64,000 bases of DNA. Origin: Patescibacteria group bacterium (GTDB lineage: Bacteria > Patescibacteriota > Microgenomatia > JAMCZE01). The stretch is from the NCBI GenBank assembly GCA_023380635.1, contig JAMCRP010000001.1, positions 173,305 through 237,304 of the forward strand, read 5' to 3'. The translations under genes and the position numbers were made by a program. Below the pieces are notes generated by a model. It saw only the letters and a list, made by a program, of their open reading frames with translations, did not search any database and had not been told where the DNA came from. Shown here piece after piece: positions 1-8,687 of the stretch; position 1 is the first letter of the stretch, and every line of letters starts with the position of its first letter.

Positions 1-639
1 TGGGCTGTCGACAACGGCTGGTCAGGACTGGAACACCTGGCTTATATTCCCGGAACGGTTGGCGGAGGTTTGGTTGGCAATATGGGAGCTTACGGACAGC
101 AGATTGCCGACATTTTCGTCTGTGCCAAGGCCGGTAAGGAAATTTTCACCAAAGAACAGTGCCGTTTTGGTTATCGGGAAAGCGCTTTTAAAGATATTTT
201 GAAAGATTATTTTCTTGAATCTGTCACTTTGAAACTTTCCCGCGACCCGAACGCCAAAAAAATTGCCGAAGAAACTACCACTTTACGCAAAACTAAATTG
301 CCCGACTGGATAACCTTGGGATCGGCCGGAAGTTTTTTCAAAAACCCCTTTATTGACCCGGAAAAGTTGAAAAATTTGCAAAAACTCCTGCCTGATGTCC
401 CCAACTTTCCCGTCCAAGGCGATCATCAGATTAAAGTTCCGGCGGCTTATTTACTGGAAAGCTTGGGTTGGAAAGGCAAAAGAATCGGCAATGTTGGAAC
501 CTATGAGAAGCATGCCCTGATCGTAGTCAATTACGGGGGCGCCACTGGGAAGGAAATCTTCGAATTCGCCCAAAAAATGCAGCAGGATGTTAAAGAGCAC
601 TATGGAATTGTCCTGGAACCGGAAGTTAACGTTGTTTAA
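1..639 (+). CDS. murB: UDP-N-acetylenolpyruvoylglucosamine reductase MurB, C-terminal part (5' end lies outside the window)
   Basis: The frame-1 ORF runs open from position 1 (WAVDNGWSGLEHLAYIPGTVGGGLVGNMGAYGQ...). The MurB C-terminal substrate-binding domain is recognisable (GSAGSFFKNP, LLESLGWKG). Confidence 0.85.
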   Translation, partial: WAVDNGWSGLEHLAYIPGTVGGGLVGNMGAYGQQIADIFVCAKAGKEIFTKEQCRFGYRESAFKDILKDYFLESVTLKLSRDPNAKKIAEETTTLRKTKLPDWITLGSAGSFFKNPFIDPEKLKNLQKLLPDVPNFPVQGDHQIKVPAAYLLESLGWKGKRIGNVGTYEKHALIVVNYGGATGKEIFEFAQKMQQDVKEHYGIVLEPEVNVV

Positions 640-856
640 GCTGCCAGCAACTTTTGGGAACTAACGACACTACTCCCAGTTGCAGACGAGCCGGAACAGT
701 GCACAGCCTATTTGCTTCAGATGACTGCATCCAACAACCACAAGTGACCCCCTCGGGAATAATCGGTTCCCACCTGGCTCTGACATCAGCAGGTAACTCA
801 TCAGTCAAAAGGAAATTTTTCGCGTTTTCCGGCAAAAGGTCTTCAATTTTGTTCAT
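626..856 (-). CDS. small hypothetical protein (76 aa), translationally coupled to murC
   Basis: Its ATG at 856-854 overlaps the murC TGA stop (853-855) as an ATGA overlap. It has no recognisable domain, carries a C-x-C motif, and its 3' end overlaps the convergent murB stop by 14 nt. Confidence 0.3.
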   Translation of the reverse strand: MNKIEDLLPENAKNFLLTDELPADVRARWEPIIPEGVTCGCWMQSSEANRLCTVPARLQLGVVSLVPKSCWQLKQR

Positions 857-2151
857 CGTAATAATAAGTTACTAACTTCATACACATCTCCGGCTCCCAT
901 GATTAAAACCACATCGTTTTTTGAAAGGTTGCGGGCAAGGAAGTTGGCGACATTAACTAGTTCGCCGCCCACATAAGTAGCTTTTGGGCCGCCGATGGCC
1001 AGGGCCAAATCTTTGCCGGAAGGCTTGGTAACGCCGCTTTCCCGGCGAGTATAGACATCAGTAACCACCACTTTATCGGCTTTCGCCAGTTCTTTTTTGA
1101 AATCTTCAAAAAGTTTTTCCAGTCGGGCATGCATATGGGGCTGGAAAACTACCCAAATTTTCTTTTTCGGATATATTTCCCGGGCCGCCGCAATATTTAC
1201 CGCCACCGCCGTCGGATGGTGAGCATAATCATCATAAATCTTAGCCCCTTCGACTTCGCCTCTATATTCAAACCTTCTCTCCAGGCCCCCAAAACTCTCG
1301 AGTCCCTCGCGAATTTTCTGGTCTTTTACCCCGAGTGTCTTAGCTACTATCCAGGCAGCTGCGGCATCGCTTCTCAAGTGTTCCCCCGGCAGTTTCAACT
1401 TCGCCTGGCTCTTGGTCAGCTTTTTGTACTTAATAATTTTTAACTTAAGATTCTTAAGCATCTTAAGTTTCTTAAGTAATTTATTACAACCTTCATCTTC
1501 AGCATTGACTACAAGAATTTGAGCTTTACTGGCAAACTTCACAAATGAAGCCATAATCTGGTTAAAATCTTTAAAGTACTCCGGATGATCCATTTCTATG
1601 GAAGTAATTACTGCTAGGTCCGGTTTGTAGATCAAAAATTTATCCCGGAATTCGTCGGCTTCAAAAACGAAATATTTGCTTTTTCCGATCCGATCGTTTT
1701 TCTTTTCCCAGTCCAAAAGATTTGCCCCGATTTCGCAAGTCGGATCTAATCCAGCTGTTTCCAGGACCCGGCAGATTAGGGCGGTTGTCGTTCCTTTTCC
1801 GTGAGTTCCGGCCACGGCAATTGTATATTTTCCTTTCTGCAGATATTTGGCCATGAATTCTTCCCAGGTTAAAGCAATCCCTTTTTCGTTGGCTTTAGTG
1901 TATTCCGGGTGAGTAAGACTTTGATAAAAAACCGCCGGAGTATGAACCAAAAGGCCAGTATTTTTTAAGTGAGAAACATCATGGCCGATGGCTACCGGTA
2001 TTCCTTCTTTGCGTAAGCGATAGGTAATGGAGCTTTCTTCCAGGTCGCAACCTGTTACTTTGTACCCGTACTCTTTGGCGATGCGCGCAACTGCACTGGC
2101 CCCGGAACCCCCAATGCCCATGAAGTGGACTTTAGTGGTTTTGCTTGTCAT
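853..2151 (-). CDS. murC: UDP-N-acetylmuramate--L-alanine ligase MurC, with a Lys/Leu-rich low-complexity insertion
   Basis: Mur ligase N-terminus (FMGIGGSGASAVARIA), P-loop (AVAGTHGKGTTTALI) and Mur C-terminal domain are present. An insertion LKKLKMLKNLKLKIIKYKKLTK lies between the central and C-terminal domains. Confidence 0.9.
   Translation of the reverse strand: MTSKTTKVHFMGIGGSGASAVARIAKEYGYKVTGCDLEESSITYRLRKEGIPVAIGHDVSHLKNTGLLVHTPAVFYQSLTHPEYTKANEKGIALTWEEFMAKYLQKGKYTIAVAGTHGKGTTTALICRVLETAGLDPTCEIGANLLDWEKKNDRIGKSKYFVFEADEFRDKFLIYKPDLAVITSIEMDHPEYFKDFNQIMASFVKFASKAQILVVNAEDEGCNKLLKKLKMLKNLKLKIIKYKKLTKSQAKLKLPGEHLRSDAAAAWIVAKTLGVKDQKIREGLESFGGLERRFEYRGEVEGAKIYDDYAHHPTAVAVNIAAAREIYPKKKIWVVFQPHMHARLEKLFEDFKKELAKADKVVVTDVYTRRESGVTKPSGKDLALAIGGPKATYVGGELVNVANFLARNLSKNDVVLIMGAGDVYEVSNLLLR
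1444..1476. repeat. imperfect 9-nt periodic repeat (CTTAAGNNN x4) inside murC, encoding the LK-rich insert
   Basis: The palindrome CTTAAG occurs at 1444, 1453, 1462 and 1471, a strict 9-nt spacing. It is in frame, so it creates the LK(x) tripeptide repeats. Confidence 0.7.
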
Positions 2152-3370
2152 TCAGATCCACGACGGCCTGCTTAAATTGCCGCCCTCTGTCTTTGTAGTT
2201 CTTAAACATGTCAAAGCTGGCACAGGCAGGAGAAAGAAGAACTACATCACCAGATATGGCTGTATTATACGCCGTTTTTACTATCTCGTCCATACTCTTT
2301 AATCCTTCAATAATCCTAATATCTCCGGCCTTTCCTACCGCCTCTTTTATCTTTTTTGCCTCTGTCCCGATTAAGATCAGAGCCTTAATGTTTTTAGCAC
2401 CCCGAATAATTTTCCCGAGTTCCGAGAAGTCAGAATTTTTTGAACTGCCTCCCAAAACCACAATTTCCGGTTCCTTAAAGGCCTTAATAGCCGCAATGGC
2501 TGTTTCCGGTGTTGTAGAGAAAGAATCGTTGTAATAGGTGACACCGTTGATTTTTGCAACCTCTTCCAACCGGTGTTCCAGGCCCCTAAAATTTTTAATT
2601 ACCCGCCGCATTGTCTCCTCATCGATTCCAATAATTTTTGCTACCGTGGCTGCCGCTACCACATTCTCCCGATTGTGGCTACCGCGCAAACCAATTTCCT
2701 CATCGGCCATGTTTTGGAGAGCGTCTTTACTTATCCAAACAACTTTTCCCGTCGCCGCTCTGCCAATTTCCGCGGAATTGGGATAGTCCTTATTAATCAC
2801 GGCATAGTCTGTTGGCTTCTGATGAGAAACAATACTTTTCTTGGCGTCAAGATATTCCTGCACCGTCGGATGCCAATCCTGATGCTCTTGAGTGACCATC
2901 AAAACCACGGCGATGTGAGGGGATTTATCCAAATCAATTAACTGAAAACTAGAAAGTTCCAGAATGACCCAGGAATTTTTTGTCAGTTTTAAATCAAACA
3001 CCCCGGTTCCGATATTGCCGCCAAGATAAACATCATATCCGGCCGCTTTCATAATTTCATAAATTAAGCTGGCCGTTGTTCCTTTTCCTTTCGTCCCCGT
3101 AACCCCGATAATTTTTCCCGGACACACGTCAAAAAAAAGTTTTGTTTTGGAAGTTATCGGCGTTTTGGTTTTGAGAAGTTCCGGCCGATATCTGTAGACA
3201 CCGGGGCTACGGACAATTAAATCGTATTTATCCAGGTTTTCAAACTTGTCGCCGTTTTTTTCGTCCAGAATGGTAACCTTATCTCCCCGACTTTTTAAAT
3301 AGGGAATTACATCCTGGGTGTCGATGCCTAAACCAAGAACGGCCACTTTCATAGTTTTATTTGTTCCCAT
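2132..3370 (-). CDS. murD: UDP-N-acetylmuramoylalanine--D-glutamate ligase MurD
   Basis: MurD N-terminal Rossmann region (KVAVLGLGIDTQDV) and P-loop (GVTGTKGKGTTASLIYEIM) are present. It overlaps murC by 20 nt. Confidence 0.9.
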   Translation of the reverse strand: MGTNKTMKVAVLGLGIDTQDVIPYLKSRGDKVTILDEKNGDKFENLDKYDLIVRSPGVYRYRPELLKTKTPITSKTKLFFDVCPGKIIGVTGTKGKGTTASLIYEIMKAAGYDVYLGGNIGTGVFDLKLTKNSWVILELSSFQLIDLDKSPHIAVVLMVTQEHQDWHPTVQEYLDAKKSIVSHQKPTDYAVINKDYPNSAEIGRAATGKVVWISKDALQNMADEEIGLRGSHNRENVVAAATVAKIIGIDEETMRRVIKNFRGLEHRLEEVAKINGVTYYNDSFSTTPETAIAAIKAFKEPEIVVLGGSSKNSDFSELGKIIRGAKNIKALILIGTEAKKIKEAVGKAGDIRIIEGLKSMDEIVKTAYNTAISGDVVLLSPACASFDMFKNYKDRGRQFKQAVVDLNDKQNH

Positions 3371-4065
3371 TTATATTTTAAGCTTTCCGGCCAGAAATTG
3401 CCCGCCACTTCCCGGGCTTTTTCCACGCTATCGGTAACTAAAAATTTTCTTTCCGCTTTACCGAAATTTGGTTCAATCGAATTTTTAATGGTCAGAGATA
3501 ATTCTTCAGCGGGATCAATCACAGTTACCTTTTCCCCAACCACTTTTTCGATGGTTTTTCTCATAATCGGAAAGTGGGTGCAGCCAAGTACGAGCGTTTC
3601 TACATTCTCCATAGGCATTAAATAATGTTTTGCGGCGGTTAGAGCTACCTCGCTGTCAGCAAAACCTTCTTCTACTAAGGGCACAAACAGCGGACAGGCC
3701 TTGCCGGGAATTGGATAGATACCACTATTAATGGTTGCTTTGGTACCAATAACGGCCGCCTTTTGCCCATCAAGTTTTCGTAAAACCGGACTAATAACAT
3801 CAAACACCGGTACCGGAGAAATCTTCTTAATGTCTTCCAGGGCGTTGGCGGATATAGAGTTGCAGGCAATTACCAGGCACTTTACTTTTTGTTTCAGAAG
3901 AAATCTGGCGAGTTCCAAAGCAAATTTTTTGATAGTCTCTTTTGATCGAGTACCATATGGCACTCTGGCCGTATCCCCGAGGTACAAAATACTTTCGTTT
4001 GGTAAAACCCGAGTAATTTCTTTCACCACCGTCAGCCCCCCCACCCCGGAATCAAAAACGCCAAT
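3349..4065 (-). CDS. murI: glutamate racemase MurI (start codon uncertain; possibly non-canonical)
   Basis: The conserved MurI N-terminus IGVFDSGVGGLTV is encoded in frame from 4086 downward, but no ATG precedes it (TAG at 4089-4087). Candidate starts are ATT at 4065-4063 or GTG at 4044-4042 (the ORF-track start). The GTG start would cut the conserved motif. Both MurI catalytic Cys regions (CNSISA, LGCTHFP) are present. Confidence 0.75.
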   Translation of the reverse strand: MGVFDSGVGGLTVVKEITRVLPNESILYLGDTARVPYGTRSKETIKKFALELARFLLKQKVKCLVIACNSISANALEDIKKISPVPVFDVISPVLRKLDGQKAAVIGTKATINSGIYPIPGKACPLFVPLVEEGFADSEVALTAAKHYLMPMENVETLVLGCTHFPIMRKTIEKVVGEKVTVIDPAEELSLTIKNSIEPNFGKAERKFLVTDSVEKAREVAGNFWPESLKYKWEQIKL

Positions 4066-4082
4066 AGGAAAATCGTTTACTT

Positions 4083-4574
4083 TTATCTAATTTCTCCTCC
4101 TTCCATGTATAAAACTTCGGTCTTATCAACTTTTGCTAAACACCTTTTTAAACGCTTTGGTAAGGAAGTATGTGTTTTCAAACTGGTAACCATAGGCACT
4201 GCTTTATTAATAGCTACAAAAACAAAATCGCTCAGTTCCTCTTTAGGCAATTTTATTTTTCTAATATCATTTTCTTTCAGGACCCCTCCGAAAAAATCAA
4301 ACATAATTGCTTCATCTTTTGGACCATATGGTAAAGTATAGTCAACCCCTATTAATTTGAGCTTCCTAATCGTAAGATTCAACTCCTCTTTAACCTCTCT
4401 TGTGGCTGCCTGTTTTGGAGATTCATCTTTTTCCACAACGCCGCCGGGAACGCCCCAACGGTCCTTGTAGGTTGGTTTTACCAGAAGAATCTCACCCTTT
4501 TTATTAATAAAAAACACCTCAGAGGCCATTCTTTTTCGCGGCAAGCTTTTATAATAGTCAACTCCTGTTAGCAT
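4083..4574 (-). CDS. Nudix hydrolase
   Basis: Nudix box GGVVEKDESPKQAATREVKEELNL (GX5EX7REUXEEXGU pattern). Confidence 0.8.
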   Translation of the reverse strand: MLTGVDYYKSLPRKRMASEVFFINKKGEILLVKPTYKDRWGVPGGVVEKDESPKQAATREVKEELNLTIRKLKLIGVDYTLPYGPKDEAIMFDFFGGVLKENDIRKIKLPKEELSDFVFVAINKAVPMVTSLKTHTSLPKRLKRCLAKVDKTEVLYMEGGEIR

Positions 4575-5622
4575 TTAGTAATTCTAACGCGATTTTTTGA
4601 TCACTCCAGGGCACTTCCTTACCGCCGAGGTTCATGGATTTCTGGTGGCCGACGCCGGTAAGAAGAACCACATCGCCTGGCTTGGCCAGCAGTAACGCTT
4701 TATGAATCGCTTCTTTTCTGTCGGCAATTTTGTAGTATTCCTTGCTGCTATTTGCGATTCCCTTTTCAATTTCATCTATGATCTTCTCCGGCTTTTCGTT
4801 GTAGGTATCCTCATGTGTCAGGAAAATGATATCGTCGTACTTGGCCGCAATCGTTCCCATGAGCGGCCGCTTACCCTTGTCACGATTGCCAGTGCAACCA
4901 AAGACATGAATTAATCTTTTACCCATTTTTTTGGCCACCGGCAAAACTTTTTCAAAAGCCTGCGGAGTATGAGCAAAATCGACGATCACGGTAAACGGTT
5001 TTTTAGCCACTACTTCCAATCTCCCAGGCAGCGGTTCAAAGTTGGCGACCGCTTCCCGAATATCTTTATCCTCTATTCCTAAGGCCTTAGCCACAGAAAT
5101 CGCCGCCAGACAGTTCTCCCGGTTAAAATCTCCGGCCAGTTGGGTTTTAAAGCGGTAGCCTTTAAATTTGGTCCAATCCGCCACCTGTTTACAGCTTTTT
5201 AGAAATTTTAGTTTGGTATTGCGGTAGTTTTCAAAGGTTTTGTGATAGTCGAGATGTTCGTTGTCGGCGATATTAGTCAAAACCCCGACGGCAAACGGAA
5301 TCCCCCAAATCCGGTTTTGGTCAATCGCGTGCGAGGATACTTCCAGGACGACATGAGTACATTTATTGCGCAAGCTTTGGACCAGAAATTTCTGCAACTT
5401 CCAGGTAGTAGGAGTCGTCGTGTGAGCAGAGGATAAAGTGGAAAGGACCGCTGTTTTGTGGCCCGCTTCTGTCAGAATGTGATAAACCAAATTAGTGGTG
5501 GTAGTCTTTCCGTCAGTCCCGGTTATTCCGATCACAGTTAATTTTTTTCCAGGAAAACCGTAATAAAAACAAGCCAAAACCGCTTCCAGCCAATGGCCAA
5601 AGTTTTTAAGCTTGCGCAGCAT
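4558..5622 (-). CDS. murE: MurE-like Mur ligase (UDP-MurNAc-tripeptide synthetase) lacking N-terminal domain 1
   Basis: P-loop ITGTDGKTTTT at residues 34-44. MurE-type motifs DFAHTPQAFEKVL and GCTGNRDKGKRPLMG match E. coli DYAHTPDALEK and GCGGDRDKGKRP. Only 354 aa, and ftsI ends 18 nt upstream, so there is no room for domain 1. Confidence 0.6.
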   Translation of the reverse strand: MLRKLKNFGHWLEAVLACFYYGFPGKKLTVIGITGTDGKTTTTNLVYHILTEAGHKTAVLSTLSSAHTTTPTTWKLQKFLVQSLRNKCTHVVLEVSSHAIDQNRIWGIPFAVGVLTNIADNEHLDYHKTFENYRNTKLKFLKSCKQVADWTKFKGYRFKTQLAGDFNRENCLAAISVAKALGIEDKDIREAVANFEPLPGRLEVVAKKPFTVIVDFAHTPQAFEKVLPVAKKMGKRLIHVFGCTGNRDKGKRPLMGTIAAKYDDIIFLTHEDTYNEKPEKIIDEIEKGIANSSKEYYKIADRKEAIHKALLLAKPGDVVLLTGVGHQKSMNLGGKEVPWSDQKIALELLNANRS

Positions 5623-5639
5623 ACTTGTATTTTAGCAGA

Positions 5640-7418
5640 TCACGGCGCGACGCTGTAGTAATAAAGCAAATCACGGGCAATTGCCGCAAAAACCGGGCCG
5701 GCTGTATCGCTTCCCCAAATCCGTACTTCCGGCTGGTCTAGTTTCACTATTACCAGAAACCGCGGATTATCGGCCGGATAGTAGCCCATGAGCGATGCGT
5801 TATAACCGGTATCAATGTATTTCCCCCCGGCGGCAATCTGAGCCGTACCGCTTTTAGCTGCAATTTTGAAATCAGCTAGAGCTTTTTCCCGGTCTATAGG
5901 AAAATGTTCCGGACTTTCCCGGGCAACATGGACCAGCATTTCCGTCACTGTTTTTGCCGTCGCTGGACTAATAATTTGCTCGCTTTGCGGCCAGCTAAGG
6001 TCGATAGTTTTATTGCCATCAATAATTTTTGAAACCAAATGAGGCGTACTCATGCGGCCGTTATTCGCCAGCACCGACCAGGCTTTCATCATCTGCATGG
6101 CGTTAACCCCGATTCCCTGACCGAAAGTTAAAGTGGCTTTATCAATCTCGTAATAATTAGCCTTGGGTCTTAAAAATCCCCCTTCTTCCTCCTGCAGATC
6201 AATGCCGGTTTTTTGTCCGAAACCATACTTTTGAATGTACGAGTATAATTTGTCAAAACCCAGTTTTTCACCGACAAAAGTCATACCGGTATTATCAGAA
6301 TTAACTAAAACATCAGTCATGGTTTCGTTAGGGTGATATTTGTCATCAAAAGTATGAATATAGTCAGTGCCAATTTTTCTTGGGCCGTCGCATTTGTCAC
6401 AAGTCGTGTTCGGTGTTAATTTATTTTCATTAATTGCCGCCGCCATCACTAACGGCTTAAAGATTGATCCCGGTTCGAAAAGATCGGCCACTGCCGGGTT
6501 TTTGTAAAGCTTGGCGGGGTAATAAGAAAAATTTGCCGGGTCATACTGAGGAAACGAAGCATCGGCCAAAATCGCGCCTGTCTTTGGGTCCATCACAATC
6601 GCCAGGCCTCCCGAAGCTTTCCAATCTTTAATCCCTTTCAATAGATCCGTTTCCACGAACCGCTGGACCGAGCGATCGATAGTGGTTACCAGGTCCCGGC
6701 CGTCCTGTTTATCCCGACGTGTTTCTGTTCCGACAGCAATCGGACGGCCGAAAGCGTCCTTTTCGATGCGCACTTCCCCAGCTTTGCCCGCCAGCTCCCG
6801 TTCGTAATAACCCTCCAAACCAAAATAGCCCTTCGGATTGCCTACAGCATCAAAACCTACAAAGCCCAAAAGATGAGCCGCCATTGAAGCTTCCGGATAG
6901 TCCCGGCTGGGTTCGGATTCAAAACCCAACCCGGCGATATTCAGCTTATTAATCTGGTCTTTCGTGTTCTGACCCACAAAATGGGATAAATTGACCCAGA
7001 TCGCGTTTTTAATGTTAAATTTTGCCAATAAATCTGAGGCGATGCTTTTCTGGGTATCTTTCAAAAAATTTTCCCGGTCCTGTGGGGTAATTTCTCCGCT
7101 ACCGGTGGGAATCAGAGGAACATCAGTGGCCAAGATTGCTGCCAGTTTATCGGCGACCAGCTCTTTGTTATCAGTAAACTTCGATAAGTTCACATAAAAA
7201 AGATAGTCGTCCTTGTTGGCTACCAAAGGAAAACCATCAGCACTTAGAATTTCTCCCCGCCCTGCCGGAATCTCCAGGGAATAAAAATGCTCGTCGTCAG
7301 CCGCCGCCGCCAAACTTTCCGCCGAGATTATCTGAATATAAGCTAATTTCAGAATAACCAGGGTAAAAGCAACGAGGAAGATTGTCCCCAGAAGCCGCAA
7401 TTTAGCCGCAAACCTCAT
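5640..7418 (-). CDS. ftsI: penicillin-binding protein 2 / FtsI-type transpeptidase
   Basis: N-terminal TM anchor, PBP dimerisation region and transpeptidase domain, with SxxK (SIFKP), SxN (SDN) and KTG (KSGTA) motifs. Confidence 0.85.
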   Translation of the reverse strand: MRFAAKLRLLGTIFLVAFTLVILKLAYIQIISAESLAAAADDEHFYSLEIPAGRGEILSADGFPLVANKDDYLFYVNLSKFTDNKELVADKLAAILATDVPLIPTGSGEITPQDRENFLKDTQKSIASDLLAKFNIKNAIWVNLSHFVGQNTKDQINKLNIAGLGFESEPSRDYPEASMAAHLLGFVGFDAVGNPKGYFGLEGYYERELAGKAGEVRIEKDAFGRPIAVGTETRRDKQDGRDLVTTIDRSVQRFVETDLLKGIKDWKASGGLAIVMDPKTGAILADASFPQYDPANFSYYPAKLYKNPAVADLFEPGSIFKPLVMAAAINENKLTPNTTCDKCDGPRKIGTDYIHTFDDKYHPNETMTDVLVNSDNTGMTFVGEKLGFDKLYSYIQKYGFGQKTGIDLQEEEGGFLRPKANYYEIDKATLTFGQGIGVNAMQMMKAWSVLANNGRMSTPHLVSKIIDGNKTIDLSWPQSEQIISPATAKTVTEMLVHVARESPEHFPIDREKALADFKIAAKSGTAQIAAGGKYIDTGYNASLMGYYPADNPRFLVIVKLDQPEVRIWGSDTAGPVFAAIARDLLYYYSVAP

Positions 7419-7759
7419 GGCATAACCTCGGTCCCGGCGTTTTTACCCATAGCCATTTCCGGCCGGGCGGAAAGATAGGCATATTTGTCAGTTTTGGTAA
7501 AGCCCAGAGTCTTGACCCGCTGTTCGACCGAAAGCATCGACTGCTGAGAACGGGTTTCCTCGGCGAGTTTTTGATTTTCCGTTTCCAGCTTGGAAATCTG
7601 CTGGTCCAGTCTTCGTAAGCTATCTGAGGTTTCTACCAGCCGGTTAGCCGCAAATACCCGCCCGGCCGAAAGCAGACCGACGATCACAAAAAGCACCAGG
7701 ACAACCAGTCCGGATACTTTTTCCTGCCTTAAATTTTGTTCCTGTTGTAATTTTTGCAC
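7415..7759 (-). CDS. ftsL: cell division protein FtsL-like (single TM plus coiled coil)
   Basis: 114 aa with a TM segment (LVVLVLFVIVGLLSAG) followed by a heptad-like coiled coil (ISKLETENQKLAEE). It sits between rsmH and ftsI as in canonical dcw clusters. Confidence 0.6.
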   Translation of the reverse strand: MQKLQQEQNLRQEKVSGLVVLVLFVIVGLLSAGRVFAANRLVETSDSLRRLDQQISKLETENQKLAEETRSQQSMLSVEQRVKTLGFTKTDKYAYLSARPEMAMGKNAGTEVMP

Positions 7760-7797
7760 TATTTTCCATCGCTGCCCCCGATGTTCATATTTATTGC

Positions 7798-8685
7798 TTA
7801 TATTTTTTCTGCTACTCTCAACTTCCCGCTTCTCGCCCTCGGATTCCTGTCAATTTCCTCTTTTGTCGGTGTTGTTGGTGTCTTAGTCATATCCCTCATT
7901 ACCCCTATATCCCCCATTTCCCTGATAAAATTCTTTACAATCCTGTCTTCCAGTGAATGAAAACTGATTATTGCCAGTTTTCCTCCCGGTTTCAGCAGTT
8001 TTACCGCCTGCGGCAAAGCTGCTTCTAAACTGGCCAGCTCGTCGTTTACCGCGATTCTTAGCGCCTGAAACACTCTTGTCGCCGGGTGTGTCCGATCCCT
8101 GTCGCTCCTGCCTCTTACAGAAAGTATCGCTTTGGCCAGCTGATCTGTTGTCTCGAATCTTTTATTTTTTCTCTCCTCAACAATTATTTTTGCAATCTGC
8201 CTGGCAAACCTTTCTTCTCCAAACTTCCAGAATAGGTTCGCCAGTTCCTTCTCTCCTCCGGCATTTATTAAATCCGCCGCTGTTACCGTTTGGGTTGCCG
8301 GATCCATTCGCATATCCAACTTAGCGTCCTTATTGAAAGAAAATCCCCGGTAATCAGTTTCGAGCTGATGACTGGAAACTCCCAAGTCCATAAGTATTCC
8401 GCTTACCTGCGAAAACCCGGCCTCTATGGCGATTTCTTTTAAATGTGCAAAGTTACTCTGTCGTAATACTAATTCTCCCCGATTCTCCCAATCTCCCAAA
8501 TTTCTCTTAGCGTTTTCTATTGCTTCACTATCCTGATCTATCCCCAAAACTTTTCCCCCTGCCTTAAGTATTCCTGTCGTATGCCCTGATCCTCCCAGTG
8601 TGCAATCGATGTATTTTTCTCCTGGCTTTATCTCAAGCGCTTCTAAAACCTCGTTTAAAAGTACCGGAATATGATACTCGTCCAT
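7798..8685 (-). CDS. rsmH: 16S rRNA (cytosine1402-N4)-methyltransferase RsmH/MraW
   Basis: HIPVLLNEVLEAL and DCTLGGSGHT motifs, and it follows mraZ. Confidence 0.9.
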   Translation of the reverse strand: MDEYHIPVLLNEVLEALEIKPGEKYIDCTLGGSGHTTGILKAGGKVLGIDQDSEAIENAKRNLGDWENRGELVLRQSNFAHLKEIAIEAGFSQVSGILMDLGVSSHQLETDYRGFSFNKDAKLDMRMDPATQTVTAADLINAGGEKELANLFWKFGEERFARQIAKIIVEERKNKRFETTDQLAKAILSVRGRSDRDRTHPATRVFQALRIAVNDELASLEAALPQAVKLLKPGGKLAIISFHSLEDRIVKNFIREMGDIGVMRDMTKTPTTPTKEEIDRNPRARSGKLRVAEKI

Positions 8686-8687
8686 CT

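Noticed and set aside
647-693. Imperfect hairpin (GCAACT..GGGA..loop..TCCC..AGTTGC) just after the murB stop
   Set aside because: It is not followed by a U-rich tract on either strand and has a bulged stem, so it is not convincingly an intrinsic terminator or structured RNA.
640-852. Possible tRNA or ncRNA in the 213-nt murB/murC gap
   Set aside because: No T-arm/GTTC-like or acceptor-stem pattern is visible by eye. The region is better explained by the small coupled ORF.
654-875. 73-aa + strand ORF in the murB/murC gap
   Set aside because: The competing minus-strand ORF (626-856) has an ATGA junction with murC and is the better candidate. This ORF runs into the murC 3' end antisense.
3131-3138. 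A8 tract inside murD
   Set aside because: It is an internal Lys-codon homopolymer in an essential housekeeping gene and probably occurs by chance. It is not treated as a contingency site.
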